64,000 nucleotides of DNA from Azolla caroliniana (taxonomy: Eukaryota; Plantae; Polypodiophyta): contig JBHGNT010000014.1 of NCBI GenBank assembly GCA_043228905.1, positions 13,268,001 to 13,332,000 on the forward strand, in the 5' to 3' direction. The notes under the pieces are model-generated. The model worked only from the letters and a program-made list of their open reading frames with translations, ran no database searches and was not told the DNA's origin. Below, in pieces: positions 38,655-52,280 of the stretch. Both the position numbers and the translations under genes were made by a program. The stretch's first letter is position 1; the number at the start of each line of letters is the position of its first letter.

Positions 38655-41600
38655 TCACCACGGAGTGTCTTTGCACTCAAGTGGTTGAGTTGGGAAACGA
38701 TTAGGATAATCTTTGCAATAGTTATAAACCGTATACCTCTTCGTGTAGAAGGTGTATGATTTCTTCTCTGTGTTGCTAAGAGCATAGTTGGCCCACCAAT
38801 TGCCTGATGGATTACTGTAACATGTAGGTAGTGTCGTTTGACCAATTTTGCATGCGTCCACGTAAAACTTGCTAAAAGTTACTACGAAAGGTGCATATAC
38901 AAAATTGATCTTGTCTTGACCTCCCCTAGTAGCCCATGAATCTCCATTCCACACACTACCATAAATTGTCATGGGTTTAAGTTTTGGATATGTCGCACTT
39001 GTGGTTGGTGTATTCCTAAAGATTCTTATGGGAACACTATCAACATACCATCTGCACATAAAGCGATGCACACATTAATCTCTTTAGCTTTATATTCTTA
39101 AAGTTTTGTAAGGTTTGTTTTAAAGGTGATTTAAACTTCATGCTCTTAGCCTCCTAAATGTTGTAGTATGTATATATATCACTCTAAAAGGTTAAGTAAG
39201 TTCTGGCATTTGCCTTTCAATGAGCATTATATAATCTTGAAAGTTTTGTTGTTATTTCTGGAATCATGAAACTTATTTGGGCGCCACACTAATTCAATGG
39301 CAACATCTTCATTGGAGGTTTGTAATAACTTTTGTTGGCATACATTTTAAGGGGGCCATGGATATATTTCACATTGCTCACAACCCCCTTGATAATTGTA
39401 AGCTAAAAACGGTATCTGCATCATCAATCAACGATACTGACGATGGAACATAAATGTTGGAAATTGTGGGGTAACACAAATCCAATCATTTTCTAAATAT
39501 ATGCTCAACTTTAGACTTTTTTCCCCATTAATATTTCTATAAAATTTTGGCACTATAAACATTTTTTCGAACACAGATTTAGCAAACTATAATAGTAAAT
39601 ACTATTCTCTTCTACACCAATTTGAAGTTTTAGAGGGCAAAATAAGGTAAAGTTTCCTTCTCCCACTTTTCCGTCTTTTTCTTGAATTTGTGTTCCTTTA
39701 TTTACTCCCATCATGAACATGCCACAACATGTAACGGCCTCCTATAATACTCTATGTCTTGCATAGTTGTCAAAATGTTTTTTCTAAGAGATATACATGA
39801 TTGTGGTTTATGTAGGTAATCTCTCCTAAACATGGTTAATAATATTCAGGGTTTTGTGGAATAGATTTTGATGCATATACTATTACTAGCATCATATTAC
39901 TTCTAGAGGCAGGTTGTTTCTCTAAGCCTTTTATATGCGGTCCTTATTTAGGTCACTGCTCGCTTGCATCATGGAAGTTGTTAAAATTTGTTTTAGGGTT
40001 GTGAAGCATACACATCATGATTTTACTTTATTCATGAGTTGGATATTTTCATAAGCAATTTGTTTCATTGTTAGAATTGGGTCTTTTTGGATCCTCATTA
40101 TATGTTCTTATGTTTTCCCTATTTCTCGAAGCCTTATGTTGAACTACAAGTTAATATCTTGTTTGCTAGCTACATAAATGAGTTTGCTAAGTTTATACCA
40201 TTACTATTATTGTCATTGAGCTTATGCACACAAGGCTTGTTTCGTGGAAAAAAACAATGTAGTAATACATTTATATAAATATTTTGTAGGACATATACAA
40301 AATTTCTTTTATACTACTTCATTGATCAAATCGTGCAAAATGGTGACTTCTTCAATAATTCTAGACTTACTGAAATGATATTTAGGTTAGAATGGTACGT
40401 ACACAATTTGTTGAGGAGTCCACAAGATGGAGTAAGTATGAAAGGATGTGGTTGGATCAAACCAAAGGAATATACGTTGTTCACGGTCTCCTTTTCCACT
40501 TGTAAAAAGGTTGGTTTGTAATATCCATGGTTGACCTGTGACATTTCCGAGGAATTCGAAATCAATCTCATCCCAATCAGTTGTGGTACTAGTTCTTGGA
40601 GAACTCATCTACAAAACATGATAAAGGTTCAAGTTAGTGTTGCACAATAATATCGTTTTACTAGTAAAAAATATTTGGACTTGGTCTAAATTGACATAGA
40701 ACAAAAAGTTTATGACTAAATCTCTACTATGTATCTTGAGAGTTGGAGATCTGAAACCACTATCAAACCCAAAGGGAGCGTCTTGAACTTAAAGCAACTT
40801 GCCCATGTTAATTGCTAGATATGGTTTTATACTTGATATGCGAAAATGCAACTAATGTAAATAAGAAGCATAAATTCCGCATATGTTGGTGTACTTGATT
40901 TGTCGTTATTTTGGACATATCCATATGTTTATGGAGGCTATAACACATCTTAATGACATGTTAATTGGCAATATGTAGCCAGTGCCATTTCTTGGCCACA
41001 CTTACATAATAGGCAACCACAACACCAGCCGAATATCCAGGAACGAGTTTTATTCGAGTGCTAACATACCCGCCAAGGTAACTACTGTATGATTGAAATC
41101 CAGAACCTACATACACAAATTTATCATGTAGACAATTATTAGTGGTATGCATTGTGAATGAAAAGATTAACACATATTATTTACACAACATGCAAAGATA
41201 GGAACATCCCATTTACAAATGTAAAGATTAGCACATATATATCAGTTTTCACACAATTGTGAATGTTCGGTAATATAGGACATATAATTACAGAACATAG
41301 ACATGATACGTGATATAATCTAAAAACCTTGGGAAAGGGAGAGGAAAACATGTTTCTAGTATTAAATTATGCAAAAGTGCCTTTTATTTTTTCCAGATAA
41401 TATACTTGAAATAGAGGGAAATACGATTTAAATGGTATATTAATAGTTACCATTACTTGATCTTAAAAATATACTTGAGATTTTAAGGGTATGTCGATCA
41501 TTATCACTAATAACTTGTTTGAAGATTAGATTTATCAAGCCAAATATGATGTTAAGGGCAGTTCATCGAGATTAGATATTGTACAACTAAACTTTATACA

Positions 41601-42026
41601 TGTTAACTTGAGATGTTAAGAGTTACTCTATAACATGGATTTACACACGACTTTATATAGGTCAAAGTTATATGATCTAACCGATATGCTTGAAGGAGAG
41701 ATTTAAAGGATACATATTAGTAGTTAACACTTGAGTTATTTGAAAGAGACCACAAGTAAAGTGTGTATATAACATATTGATTACAAATTAGAAGAAGAAT
41801 TACCGCTATAGCTATCAAGCCACATTTTAAGGGTATAACCACGATCAGTGATGCTGGTGCGTTCAGGACTCCAACCCACATAATAATTTTGCCAGAAAGG
41901 ACTTAGACTACCAGAAGGAGGAGCTGCAAATACGACATTAGGAAGTAATGCCATCATCATCACCACCACCAAAGCCATGCCCATCCCCATCCATTTCCTC
42001 ATTTGTGACAATGTTGACTTGTCCAT
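38655..42026 (-). CDS. XTH: Xyloglucan endotransglucosylase/hydrolase (GH16), 4 exons, 308 aa
   Basis: Exons 42026-41804, 41106-41006 (the 101-nt exon typical of XTHs), 40608-40403 and 39051-38655, total 927 nt. It has a signal peptide, catalytic DEIDFEFLG followed by sequon NVT, WFDPT, WATRGG and C-terminal YNYCKD..RFP...EC. Confidence 0.96.
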
Positions 42027-42125
42027 AGTGCTAATTGTAATGATAATATTAATGGGAGATCATAGTTTTCAAATGTGATACTTGATTTATAGAGCACGGA
42101 GAATTGAGAGAAGGGTGGCCTATTC

Positions 42126-42161
<36 letters not shown>

Positions 42162-42339
42162 TGCATTGTGCATTGTGCATGAGCAAGACCACCTTGCACG
42201 TTCCTTTATAAATTCAACAACAAACAAACTTAGAACAACTTGTTCAATGGTTATCACTAGTACACATCGTGACCCCACACAACCCAAAAATATAACAAGT
42301 TATATGAAGAATATGAATGGTGTCTAAGAGCCTTGCAAG

Positions 42340-43020
42340 CATTGTGTAATAATACAATCTTGTAGATATTTCTTCTTATGACTTCTTGCACTTTGTCATA
42401 CCTAATGGTGCAATCAAACTTCTTCCAAGTGTCTTTGAGTGTCTTTAAACTCGCCTTTTCACCTTGTACTCCTAACATATTTCTCTATTCTAATTGTATA
42501 TTTGAAACGTGTGCTTACAACATGAAGGATAAATTAATTATAATTTGTTGTTAACAACATTAAAGTAATATAAGGTTATATATGTTGCTTCATTACATCT
42601 ACAAAGTACTTGTTCAAAGTGCCCTTCGATGGCTTTACCTTTACCTTTTCACTCTTCTTTGTCAACTTTTGCAACTATATATCCCTCCATTCTTTTAGAA
42701 GGTGCTAATAATAATTGGACCTCCTTCCATTCCAGTTCTAGGTCAAGTGAGTGTTGCCATCATGAAGAACATCTTTCAGTCACACATTGGATGGATCACA
42801 TGTTACAATTGCCAACATTAGACTAATATAATACTAGATGATTGATATCGTAGCTTATTACATTTGACCATTGGTTGGATGTGATGGTGCAACCATTCTT
42901 CCAAATGCCCTTCAATCCAACTTCACTTTTACACTTTTCATTCCTCAAGGTAAAGTGAATGTGGAGATCGTCGAGAAGATCCATAACGTGTTTAGGTTTA
43001 TTACATGGTGCATGCTTACG
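42340..43020 (-). mobile_element. Degenerate hAT transposase remnants (DUF659-like)
   Basis: Two fragments, KGIWKNGCTITSNQWSNV...IN.LV and KDTWKKFDCTIRYD, resemble the hAT W...GC(T/S)I..DGW motif. Confidence 0.55.
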
Positions 43021-43028
43021 CACATTTG

Positions 43029-43529
43029 TAACAATAGGCAACAGTTTGGTTCGAGATTGTCAAAACCGAATAGTTTGACAAGAGTTTAACATTTTTTTAA
43101 CTTGAACCAAACCAAACCGAACAACGAAACCATTCTAACTAAAACCATTAAAAAAATTCCAAACCGTTAAACCATTAAACCATTAAGACTGCAATTTCGT
43201 GGTTCAGTTTTGGTTTTCAACTTAGGTCAAAATTCAAATTTTAAAATTTAAATTTTTCATTATTTAAAATTTTAATTTTCAAAATTTTAAAGTTTTTCCT
43301 AAAATATGAGAAATAGGCTTACAAATGAAAAGATTGTTTTAGAAAAATTTAAAAAACATTAAACTATTTAAACTATGGTTTTTAATCGTTGAAATCGAAC
43401 CATTCACCCCCAAATCGAACCGAACCAAAGCTGAACCGTTAAAAAAAACTTGAACTTGAATTGAACCAAACTGAATCGAATCAGTTAAGCCGTTAAGTCA
43501 TTAAGCCACGGTTTCGTTGTCGCCTGGTA
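43029..43529. mobile_element. hAT-type MITE, copy 3 (inverted relative to copies 1 and 2)
   Basis: Termini TAACAATAGGCAAC / GTTGTCGCCTGGTA, TSD CACATTTG/AACATTTG (7 of 8). The body is the reverse complement of copy 1. Confidence 0.8.
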
Positions 43530-44851
43530 AACATTTGGCTAAACATAGTATTGAAGTTAGAGTATTTCATTATTTGCGTGGCTCTCTCTAGTTTTGACCT
43601 TTTGAACTCTAATTCTTTTGTGTCAATGGCTCTATAACTTAACATATTATTAGGCTCTAACTCTCTAGTCGTAAGGTGACCATAGAAAAACAACAGTTTC
43701 ATTTAAATTATGATCAAATAAAAAACAATAGTTGACTCGTTCTGTCAAACAATAGATTATTTGGTTAATATAAACATTGTGGGTAGGGTTCTACATTAAA
43801 CCAAAAGCGAGGTAAAATAAATTTATATCACTTGAAAGCAAAATAGTGGTACAACAAGTAGGTAAGCAAGATTCTTTAAGGTGTCATAAAACAAGATAAC
43901 TTGCTTTGTGACAAGGGGATAACAAGATAATTGTAACTCTATTATATATAGTGGTATAACAAGTAGGCCAACGAGACGCTTTAAGGTGTCACAAGGGTCA
44001 AAACAAGAAGCTTGTATCCGATAACTTGTGTTGATCTTCACGAGAATTAGCTACATTGAAGAACTCCTTTTATACCAATGATAAGAAATGCGTGAATTAA
44101 CATGCAACCTTAGAGCCTTAAGTAGATCAACCTACAAATACACAATCTCTAAACCTTAGAATAACACACCCTCTAACTCTTGTACGTTAGATGTCATATT
44201 CAGGGTTTGTGACATGATCCACTCCTCTTATCACTGACTTCAAGTGATAGCAGGCTTGTATGTATAATGATGGTGGAATTTACGAACCACATCATGAGCA
44301 TTAATGAGTATGACAATGGGTTCCAAGCAACTTCCAATAGCAGGTAACCTTTCCACAAGACAACACAACGTTTGTGGCATTAACCGATGACTTTGACTTG
44401 TCATTTTTGCTAATAGTGTGATTTGCGTGTTAAACTTGGTGTATGTTATTAATCATGAACTAATCTTGTTTGTTATACCATTAATCATAGGATTTCCCTC
44501 TCCTTTCGGTTTGCATTATTTGAGCCATTAACCGGTAACACCAACCCGTCACTTTTGTAAAACAAACTCATTTTTGCTAATAGTGTAATTTGGGTGTTAA
44601 ACTTGGTATACGTTCACATGGTCATCTACGTTCAAGTTCTTGGCTATGTTCAGGTCCCCTCAACGTCCAAGACCTCCTTCGAGTTCTCCGAACATTCAAG
44701 TTCTTCTATCATTCGAGTCCCACCTTCATTCATGTCGTCCCTAGTCCAAGGCCCCTATCATCCCACTCCAATACCACACACATGTATGTTTACACGACAA
44801 CATCACTTGTGTCCATTAGGATTCCACATATCCGTTTAATTATTTAAAACC

Positions 44852-44957
44852 TGTTAAGAATTAGGAGATTAATTAAGCAAGGGTTAATTAGTACCTAATT
44901 ATGTGATTAAGTTAATAAGCGGAAGATTAAGTGATATGTGTGTGTATGTGTGTGAGA

Positions 44958-44995
<38 letters not shown>

Positions 44996-47900
44996 TGAAG
45001 AACACAAGATGGGGGATGAGTAAAGTATATTAAAAGGTAAATATCATCAACTATCATCAAATACAAAAATACCTTCAATGAGGTATATATAGGTTTCATT
45101 TGCAAGGGTGCACATGTGCTAGGAGAATATAGGTACAACGTGTAAGTCCTATATTAAATGAGCATGGAGTGGTGGATCTACAATGTATCCCACTTGAGTA
45201 CAAAATCCTATTTAAGGCTTTATGGTCAACACACTAACTAGATTCTATATAGGTAACTACTAAATTATATATGTTGACTAACTAACTAAACTAAGTTGAG
45301 CTTGATCTCTCAACACGCCCCCTCAAACTCAAGTGTGAGGCGTTCGACATCCGGCGTTGTTTTCGGCGTTGTCCAGCTTCCAATGTCGGCTTTTGTGTGG
45401 CTTCCGTCCGACCTTTGGCTTTCCTCGCCGTGGCAATCTCGGGTCCTCCCCCTCAAGCCGGTGATGAAGGCTTGTAGTGTGTGGGCGAAGGCCGACTACT
45501 TCCACCCATCGTGGGTGATGAGCCGCTTTGGTGGAGCTCTTGGGCTCTTGTTCCGCCGCTACCTTAATCGCAAAGGCATAGTGATGGGCCATATACTCAT
45601 TGTAGCCGAGCTGTGTGACGGGGTTCTTAGCTCTAGATGAGCGTCGAAGTTTTTCGCTCGCCGATGTGAGCGCCTTCTTTACTCCTGGTGTCCGCATGAT
45701 GGTTACACCGAACTCACTATCTAGTGAGGGATCAGATCTATCCGAATCATTGTCGTCGGGGTGATCGACTTCGTATTCGGGCATCTTACCTTTGCCCTTG
45801 TCCAAGTTTGTAGTTGGCTGCGACGTGCTTGGGTCGCATGGGGGCTCTTGTGGCCCACTAAGCTCGGTTGTAATCGGACTTTCTTCGAACATGTGTTCAA
45901 AGCGATCTCCATCTTCTACCTCTTGTTCGGCAGATTCTGGGTCTACCGAAGTCGGAGTCGAAGTTGCCTCTAGTGCGTACCACGATGCGGACTAGTCGAA
46001 GACTACGTCTCAACTTACCCGAACCGCTCGGGTAGAAGGGTTGTATCACTTGTATGCCTTCTTCTCGGACGAGTATCCTACGAGGATACATTCCTCTGAC
46101 TTCGCGTCGGGCTTCTGTCGTTGTTCATTCGGGATGCATACATTCGCAATGCTTCCGAACACCTTGAGGTGCGATAGGATCGTCTTCCTTCCGACGAGGA
46201 GCTCGTATAAAGTTAGCTCATGCACTCCATTAGTGGGGCGTCGATTCATGAGATAGACGGCCGTGGATGCCGCTTCGGCCCAATAGAAATTCAGCATGTG
46301 CTTCTCATGCATCATGGCACGTGCTACATCGAGTATTTGCCGATTCTTCCTTTTGGTGACTCCATTTTTTTGGGGTGTGTGTCGGCACGAGAATTCTCTA
46401 CGAATGCCTTCACTTTGGAGGTAGGAGGTGAATTCCTTGGAGAAGTACTCCTTTTCTCCATTTGATCGTAGGCATCAAATGTGCCGACCGGTTTCTTTTT
46501 CGACTTGCCCCTTGAGCTTTTGGAAGTGGGAGAGCACTTCACTTTTCTTCTTCATCGGGTAGATCCACGCGTAGTGGGAGTAGTCGTCGATGAAGCTTAC
46601 ATAGTATCGGCATCCGCCGATTGTCGGCGTTTGACCCAGTCCCCATACATCCGAGTGTACAATGTCGAGGAGGCCTTTTCTCGCATGGCTCTCCTTCGGG
46701 AATGGGAATCGATGTTGTTTGCCGTGTTGACACGCTTCGCATACTCGGTCGACTCGAATGTCAGAAGTCCGATGACGACTCCCTTTGTTTGCATAGCTCG
46801 GAGCCGTTGGAGGTTGATGTGGCCAATTCTTTTGTGCCACAACTCGATGTTCATCTCATTTTTGAGACCTTTAGCGTACATTGCTGATTTCATCTCGTTC
46901 GAATCGAGGATGAACATCTGGCCTTCTCTCCGCCCCTTAGCTACAACTTGACCATCTTTCTCAATGAAGCATCCTTCTTTGTTGAAGCGGACTCTATAAA
47001 GCCGGGTCGATCCGGCGTTCATAAATCGCGAAACCACGGCTTCGTGGGATGTCATGTGATGTGAGGTGCCGGAATCTACGAACCACACGTCTTCCGGATT
47101 GGAGGTGCTTGCGGAGTTGGAGGCCGTCATAGAGTTTGCTTTATGTCACATTACGAATAGTCCACCGTAATCCTCATATTCAGAGTTGTTGGCATAGTTT
47201 GTGAGTTGTCGGCTTGTCGACGCTGACTCGCTTCTTTTCTTCCAACACTCCACCTCATGGTGACCGATTTTGCCGCAATAATTGCAAGTTGCGGGCCTCG
47301 TTTGTCGACCTTGTTCGGCTTGGAAGATCCCCCTTCTTCCGAAGGTTCCTTGATGGCTTCCTCTTCTACCACCACGACCTCTTCCTCGACCATCGTCCGA
47401 ATTCAAGAAGAACATTTGTCCTTCTGGTGCCTTGGTTTTGGTTCGGACGTGGTTTTCTTCGACCAATAACATCGATTGGAGGTCGAAGAACGAAGGAGGG
47501 TTTTCTCTGACCAAGATTGCCGTCCGTAATGGATCAAATCGTTGTGCGAGGCCGCCCAAGCATACTTGAACCATCTTGTCTTCATTGACGTTTATGTTGA
47601 TGGAGCCAAGCGAGTCACAAATGCTCTTGATTTTGGCGGTGTAGTCCGACACAGACATGTCTTTTTGTCTCATGTTATTCAACTCTTGCCGGAGTTGAAG
47701 TTTGCGGGCGGTCGTGTTGGCGGTAGACATTTTCTTTAAGTTCTCCCACGCCTCTCTAGGCATCTTGGCGTCTCGAATGTGGCTAAGTATATGGCTGTGG
47801 ACACATGTTGCCAAGCAATACATTACCCAACTTGCTTCTTGCTCCCACGTTGGGTAGTTGGCGTTTGTGTTGTCGGGCTTGTTCTCGAGTGCGCCGTTGA

Positions 47901-48354
47901 TGTAGCTCCAATACCCTTGGCCGACGAGGTATTGTCTCATCTTGTACTCCCAAGATGAATAATTGCTCCGGTCTAGCTTTGCGCTAGGGAGCGAGCTACC
48001 CATTTGTGTGTTCATGTTGTTTTGTGTCTTCCTTGTTGGCTCTTCTTTCTTCGATCACGTACTTGTGCTACGTAGCGGCACTACAGTAGCGAATGACCGG
48101 AATTTGTCGTCGGCGTTTCGAACACACAATTACGAAGAGTTGGGTGGGCTTAGTAGATGTGCTAAACCACATGCTCTAATACCATGTTAAGAATTAGGAG
48201 ATTAATTAAGCAAGGGTTAATTAGTACCTAATTATGTGATTAAGTTAATAAGCGGAAGATTAAGTGATATGTGTGTGTATGTGTGTGAGAGGAAGAGAGA
48301 GAGAGAGAGAGACTTATGAAGAACACAAGATGAGGGATGAGTAAAGTATATTAA
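44852..48354 (-). mobile_element. Copia element A (internally deleted: no RT/RNase H)
   Basis: 3' LTR 44852-45315, PPT near 45316-45333, integrase (HSDVWG, EAASTAVYLMNR), WHKRIGH, protease WFVDSGTSHHMT, gag 47146-48015 with CNYCGKIGHHEVEC, PBS 48173-48184. The 5' LTR (48185-48354) is cut by element B. Confidence 0.93.
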
Positions 48355-51300
48355 TGTTGGGATTACGGTCCCTTTCGGATGGGATGGTCAGATATCGGAG
48401 ATGAATGCCGACAAGCCCGGTTTTCGGTTTCGGAACCGGATGATGAAGACCCCGGCTTCGGAGCCGGATGACGAATGTACCCGGAGCGAGATCCGGATGC
48501 GGGGACATATCTGTGAATATGTTTGCCAAGGGCCCTTGAGGCTATAGTTGTAAATAGCCCCAAAGTCATATGTGTATAAATATGACTTAGGGCAAACAGT
48601 TTTTATGTTGCTTCTCATTTTTCTGTTTTTCCACTCAAGAGGAGTGAAGAGAGAGAGCAACCGTGAGAGAGAGATAGAGCGTGAGAGACGAGGAGGTCGA
48701 AGCCTCTGTGTATTTCCGCCGCCTGTGGCGAGGACAGCGAGCTCAAGGTCGTCGCCTTGCAGCTCGCCATTGTATACTTCTCTGTGCATAGTGTTTGGTT
48801 TGGAGTCTTGTGCTCCCGTGGTTTTTCCCGTCTAGGGTTTTCCACGTTAATCCCTGTGTATTCGTGTTCTTCCTCTGTGGTTCCTATTTTCTGCTGCATT
48901 GATTCGTGCTTACTCGGTTGTGGCCGAGTGGTGAAGGTTAATCGGAGCGTCGATTGCTCTACAAACTGGTATCAGAGCGACTGCTGCAGAAAATGGAAGG
49001 CGGCGGCAGCGGGCAGCCGGGGATGATGGTGCTGAATGCGCAGAATTACGCCGACTGGAAGATCAAGATGGAGGATCTCCTGATTGTTCGGGACCTGTAC
49101 GAACCGATTGACAGGTCGGAAATACCGAAGGGGGTACTTGAGTCGGAATGGAGTCTTCTGAACCGGAAAGCCGTTGCAACCATTCGGCAATACGTAGACG
49201 TGAGCGTTCTACAACACGTGGCGAACGACACCAACGCATATGAGATGTGGCGGAAGCTGTCGGGCCTCTACGAGAGGAAGAATGCGTTGAACCGGACCTC
49301 CCTGATGAGGAAGATAGTGAACCTCAAGTACCGGGACGGCGAGAGTATGGTGGAACACGTAAGCACGTTCATGGGATTCGTGAACCAGCTTGCGGCGATC
49401 AAGTTCCCGCTGGAGGATGCAATGCAAGCCATCATTCTGATGTGTACATTGCCGGAAAGCTGGGAAAACTTGGTGGTAACTCTCAGCACCTCCTGCACCG
49501 AAGATAACTTGTCCCTACAAACGGTAAAGACAAGTATTCTGAACGAAGAAGCGCGTCGGAGAGATAAAGAACCGGCCTCCGATCCGAAGATGTTGTTTAC
49601 CGAATCGGATCGGGGAAGACAGTGGAACCGGAGTCCGCAAAGACGGGAGAAGTCGGGGACCCGGTCGCAGTCAAGAGGAAGGCCCACATGCTTCCACTGT
49701 GGGAAGCCGGGGCACTTCCGAAAGAATTGTCGGCATTACCGAAAAGACAACGGAGCCGATGACACCGATTCGAAGAAGTCACCGGAGAGAAACGGTGCAT
49801 ACCGGGGAGCCACGGACCGGAGAGGTCCGGATCGGCGAGGGCAGGACCGGAAAGGAACGACGGCACTCGCGGCAAGTGAAGAGGAGATCATGCTCATCAC
49901 CGAAGAAGGTGAACTAAACATTGCCGGCGATGAGACGACCTGGGTGGTCGATTCCGGAGCATCGTTCCACCTGACCCCGGAGAGAAGATACTTCTCATCC
50001 TACACAGCCGGTGAGCATGGCTGTGTTCGGATGGGAAACGAAGGTACGTGCCGGATTGCTGGTATAGGAGACGTGTGGTTGACAACCCCGACCGGATGCA
50101 AAATGCTGCTGAAGAATGTCCGACACGTTCCGGAGGTCCGACTGAACCTGATTTCGGCCGGGAGGCTAGACGATGAAGGCTACACAGGTAGCATCCGGAA
50201 CGGCGTAATGAAGTTCAGCAAGGGGAGCCTGATAGTGGTTCGGGCCCGGAAAGACAACACACTGTACCTGATGAATGCCCGATTATGTCCGGAAGAGCTG
50301 AATGTGGCAGCCGACACTGCCGGTGAGCTGTGGCACAAAAGACTGTGCCACATGAGTGAGAAGGGGATGAAGAGGCTTGCCGAAGACAACCTGATACCGG
50401 TAAAGCACGTACACCTGGAGAAGTGTACCGATTGCCTGGCCGGTAAACAGAACCGAACCTCCTTCCACTCAAGGCCACCGACGAGACGTAGCGCACCATT
50501 GGAGTTGGTGCACACTGATGTGTGTCAGGTAGAAACGAAGTCACATGGCGGAGCCCAGTACTTTGTAACATTCATTGATGATCACAGCCGGAAGCTGTGG
50601 ACGGCACCGTTGAAGACAAAGGACCAAGTGTTGTGCGTCTTCAAAGAACTCCACGCGAGAGTGGAAAGGGAATCCGGCAAGAAGCTGAAATCGATACGAG
50701 CGGATAACGGAGGGGAATACCGGGGGCAGTTCCAGGAGTACTGTCGCTCGAAGGGAATCCGGCTCGAGTTTACTGTGCCGAAGACGCAAGAACTGAACGG
50801 GCTGGCCGAGAGGATGAATCGGACCATAATGGAGAGGGTCCGGAGTATGCTGGCGCATGCGGAATTACCCAAGGGGTTTTGGGCTGAGGCGATGTCGACG
50901 GCGACATACGTGATAAACAGATCACCCTCAGTACCTTTGGGCGGAGACACGCCGCAGAGAGTGTGGACCGGTAGGGAAGTATCCTACCGGCATCTGAAGG
51001 TGTTCGGGTGTCTCGCATACGTGCATGTGGCAAAGGACCGGAGAGGAAAGCTAGATCCAAAGACCCGGCCATGCATATTCCTCGGTTACGGCGATGACGA
51101 GTTCGGCTACCGAGTATGGGACCCGGTCGACAAGAAGATATTCCGGAGTCGTGATATCATCTTCATGGAGAACAAGACACTCGCCGACTGGGAGTCGGAG
51201 AAGAAGATGAAGAGCTCCAAGTCGACCGGTGAGGATCAACTCTACGAGGAGCAGTCCCGACCGGCAAGGGACCGGTTAGCACTCGAGGATCCGGCCGAAG

Positions 51301-52280
51301 ACGGTGAAGAAACAGAACCGGCCGAAGAAGATGAAAATGATACCGGAACCGGCCCCGATCCCGAAATGGATTCAGACGAAGAAGAATCGGAAGAACCGGT
51401 TACCGAAGCTCCGGAACGGAGATATCCTCTAAGAGAGAGAAGGGCCCCCCGGAGATTTCCGGAACCAGAGCACCTGTTGCTAACCGACGAGGGGGAGCCG
51501 GAGAGCTTTGAAGAAGCAAAGCATGACACCCAGAGCCGCAGGTGGTTGAGTGCCATGCAGGACGAGATGGATTCCCTGCATGAGAACCACACATATGAAC
51601 TTGTGGAGTTGCTGAAAGGAAAGCGGGCACTTCGAAACAAGTGGGTGTTCAAGCTGAAACCGGGAGATGCCGGAAACCCCCCGAGATAAAAAGCCAGGAT
51701 CGTGGTGAAGGGGTTTCAGCAGAAGAAGGGCGTCGACTTCGACGAGATATTTGCCCCGGTAGTGAAGATGACCTCTATCCGGACGGTGCTGAGCATAGCG
51801 GCAAGCATGGACCTCGAGGTAGAACAGATGGACGTGAAGACGACATTCCTTCACGGTGACCTCGAAGAAGAGATCTACATGCAGCAACCGGAAGGATTCG
51901 AGAAGAAAGGGAAGGAGCACCTGGTATGCCGGTTGAAGAAGAGCCTTTACGGACTGAAGCAGGCTCCCCGGCAATGGTACCGGAAGTTCGACTCCTTCAT
52001 GACCGACGAAGGGTACCTCAAAACGTAGTCCGACCACTGCGTGTTTGTGAAGAAGTTCGAAGGAGGAGACTTTCTAATACTCCTCCTGTACGTGGACGAC
52101 ATGTTGATCGTCGGACGGGACCAGGTCAAGATACGGATGCTGAAGAAGGCTCTTCACCGAACCTTCTCAATGAAGGACCTGGGTCCGGCGAGACAAATAC
52201 TAGGGATGCACATCATCCGGGACCGGAGCAAGAAGCAGTTGTGGCTGTCACAGGAAAAGTACGTGACAAAGGTGCTTAAA
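48355..52280 (+). mobile_element. Copia element B (Tnt1-like), 3'-truncated within RT
   Basis: LTR 48355-48963 and PBS TGGTATCAGAGC 48967-48978. The polyprotein from ATG 48993 has CFHCGKPGHFRKNC, WVVDSGASFH, HTDVC/DNGGEY integrase and RT LLLYVDDML. In-frame stops at 51687 and 52026; homology ends near 52280. Confidence 0.95.
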
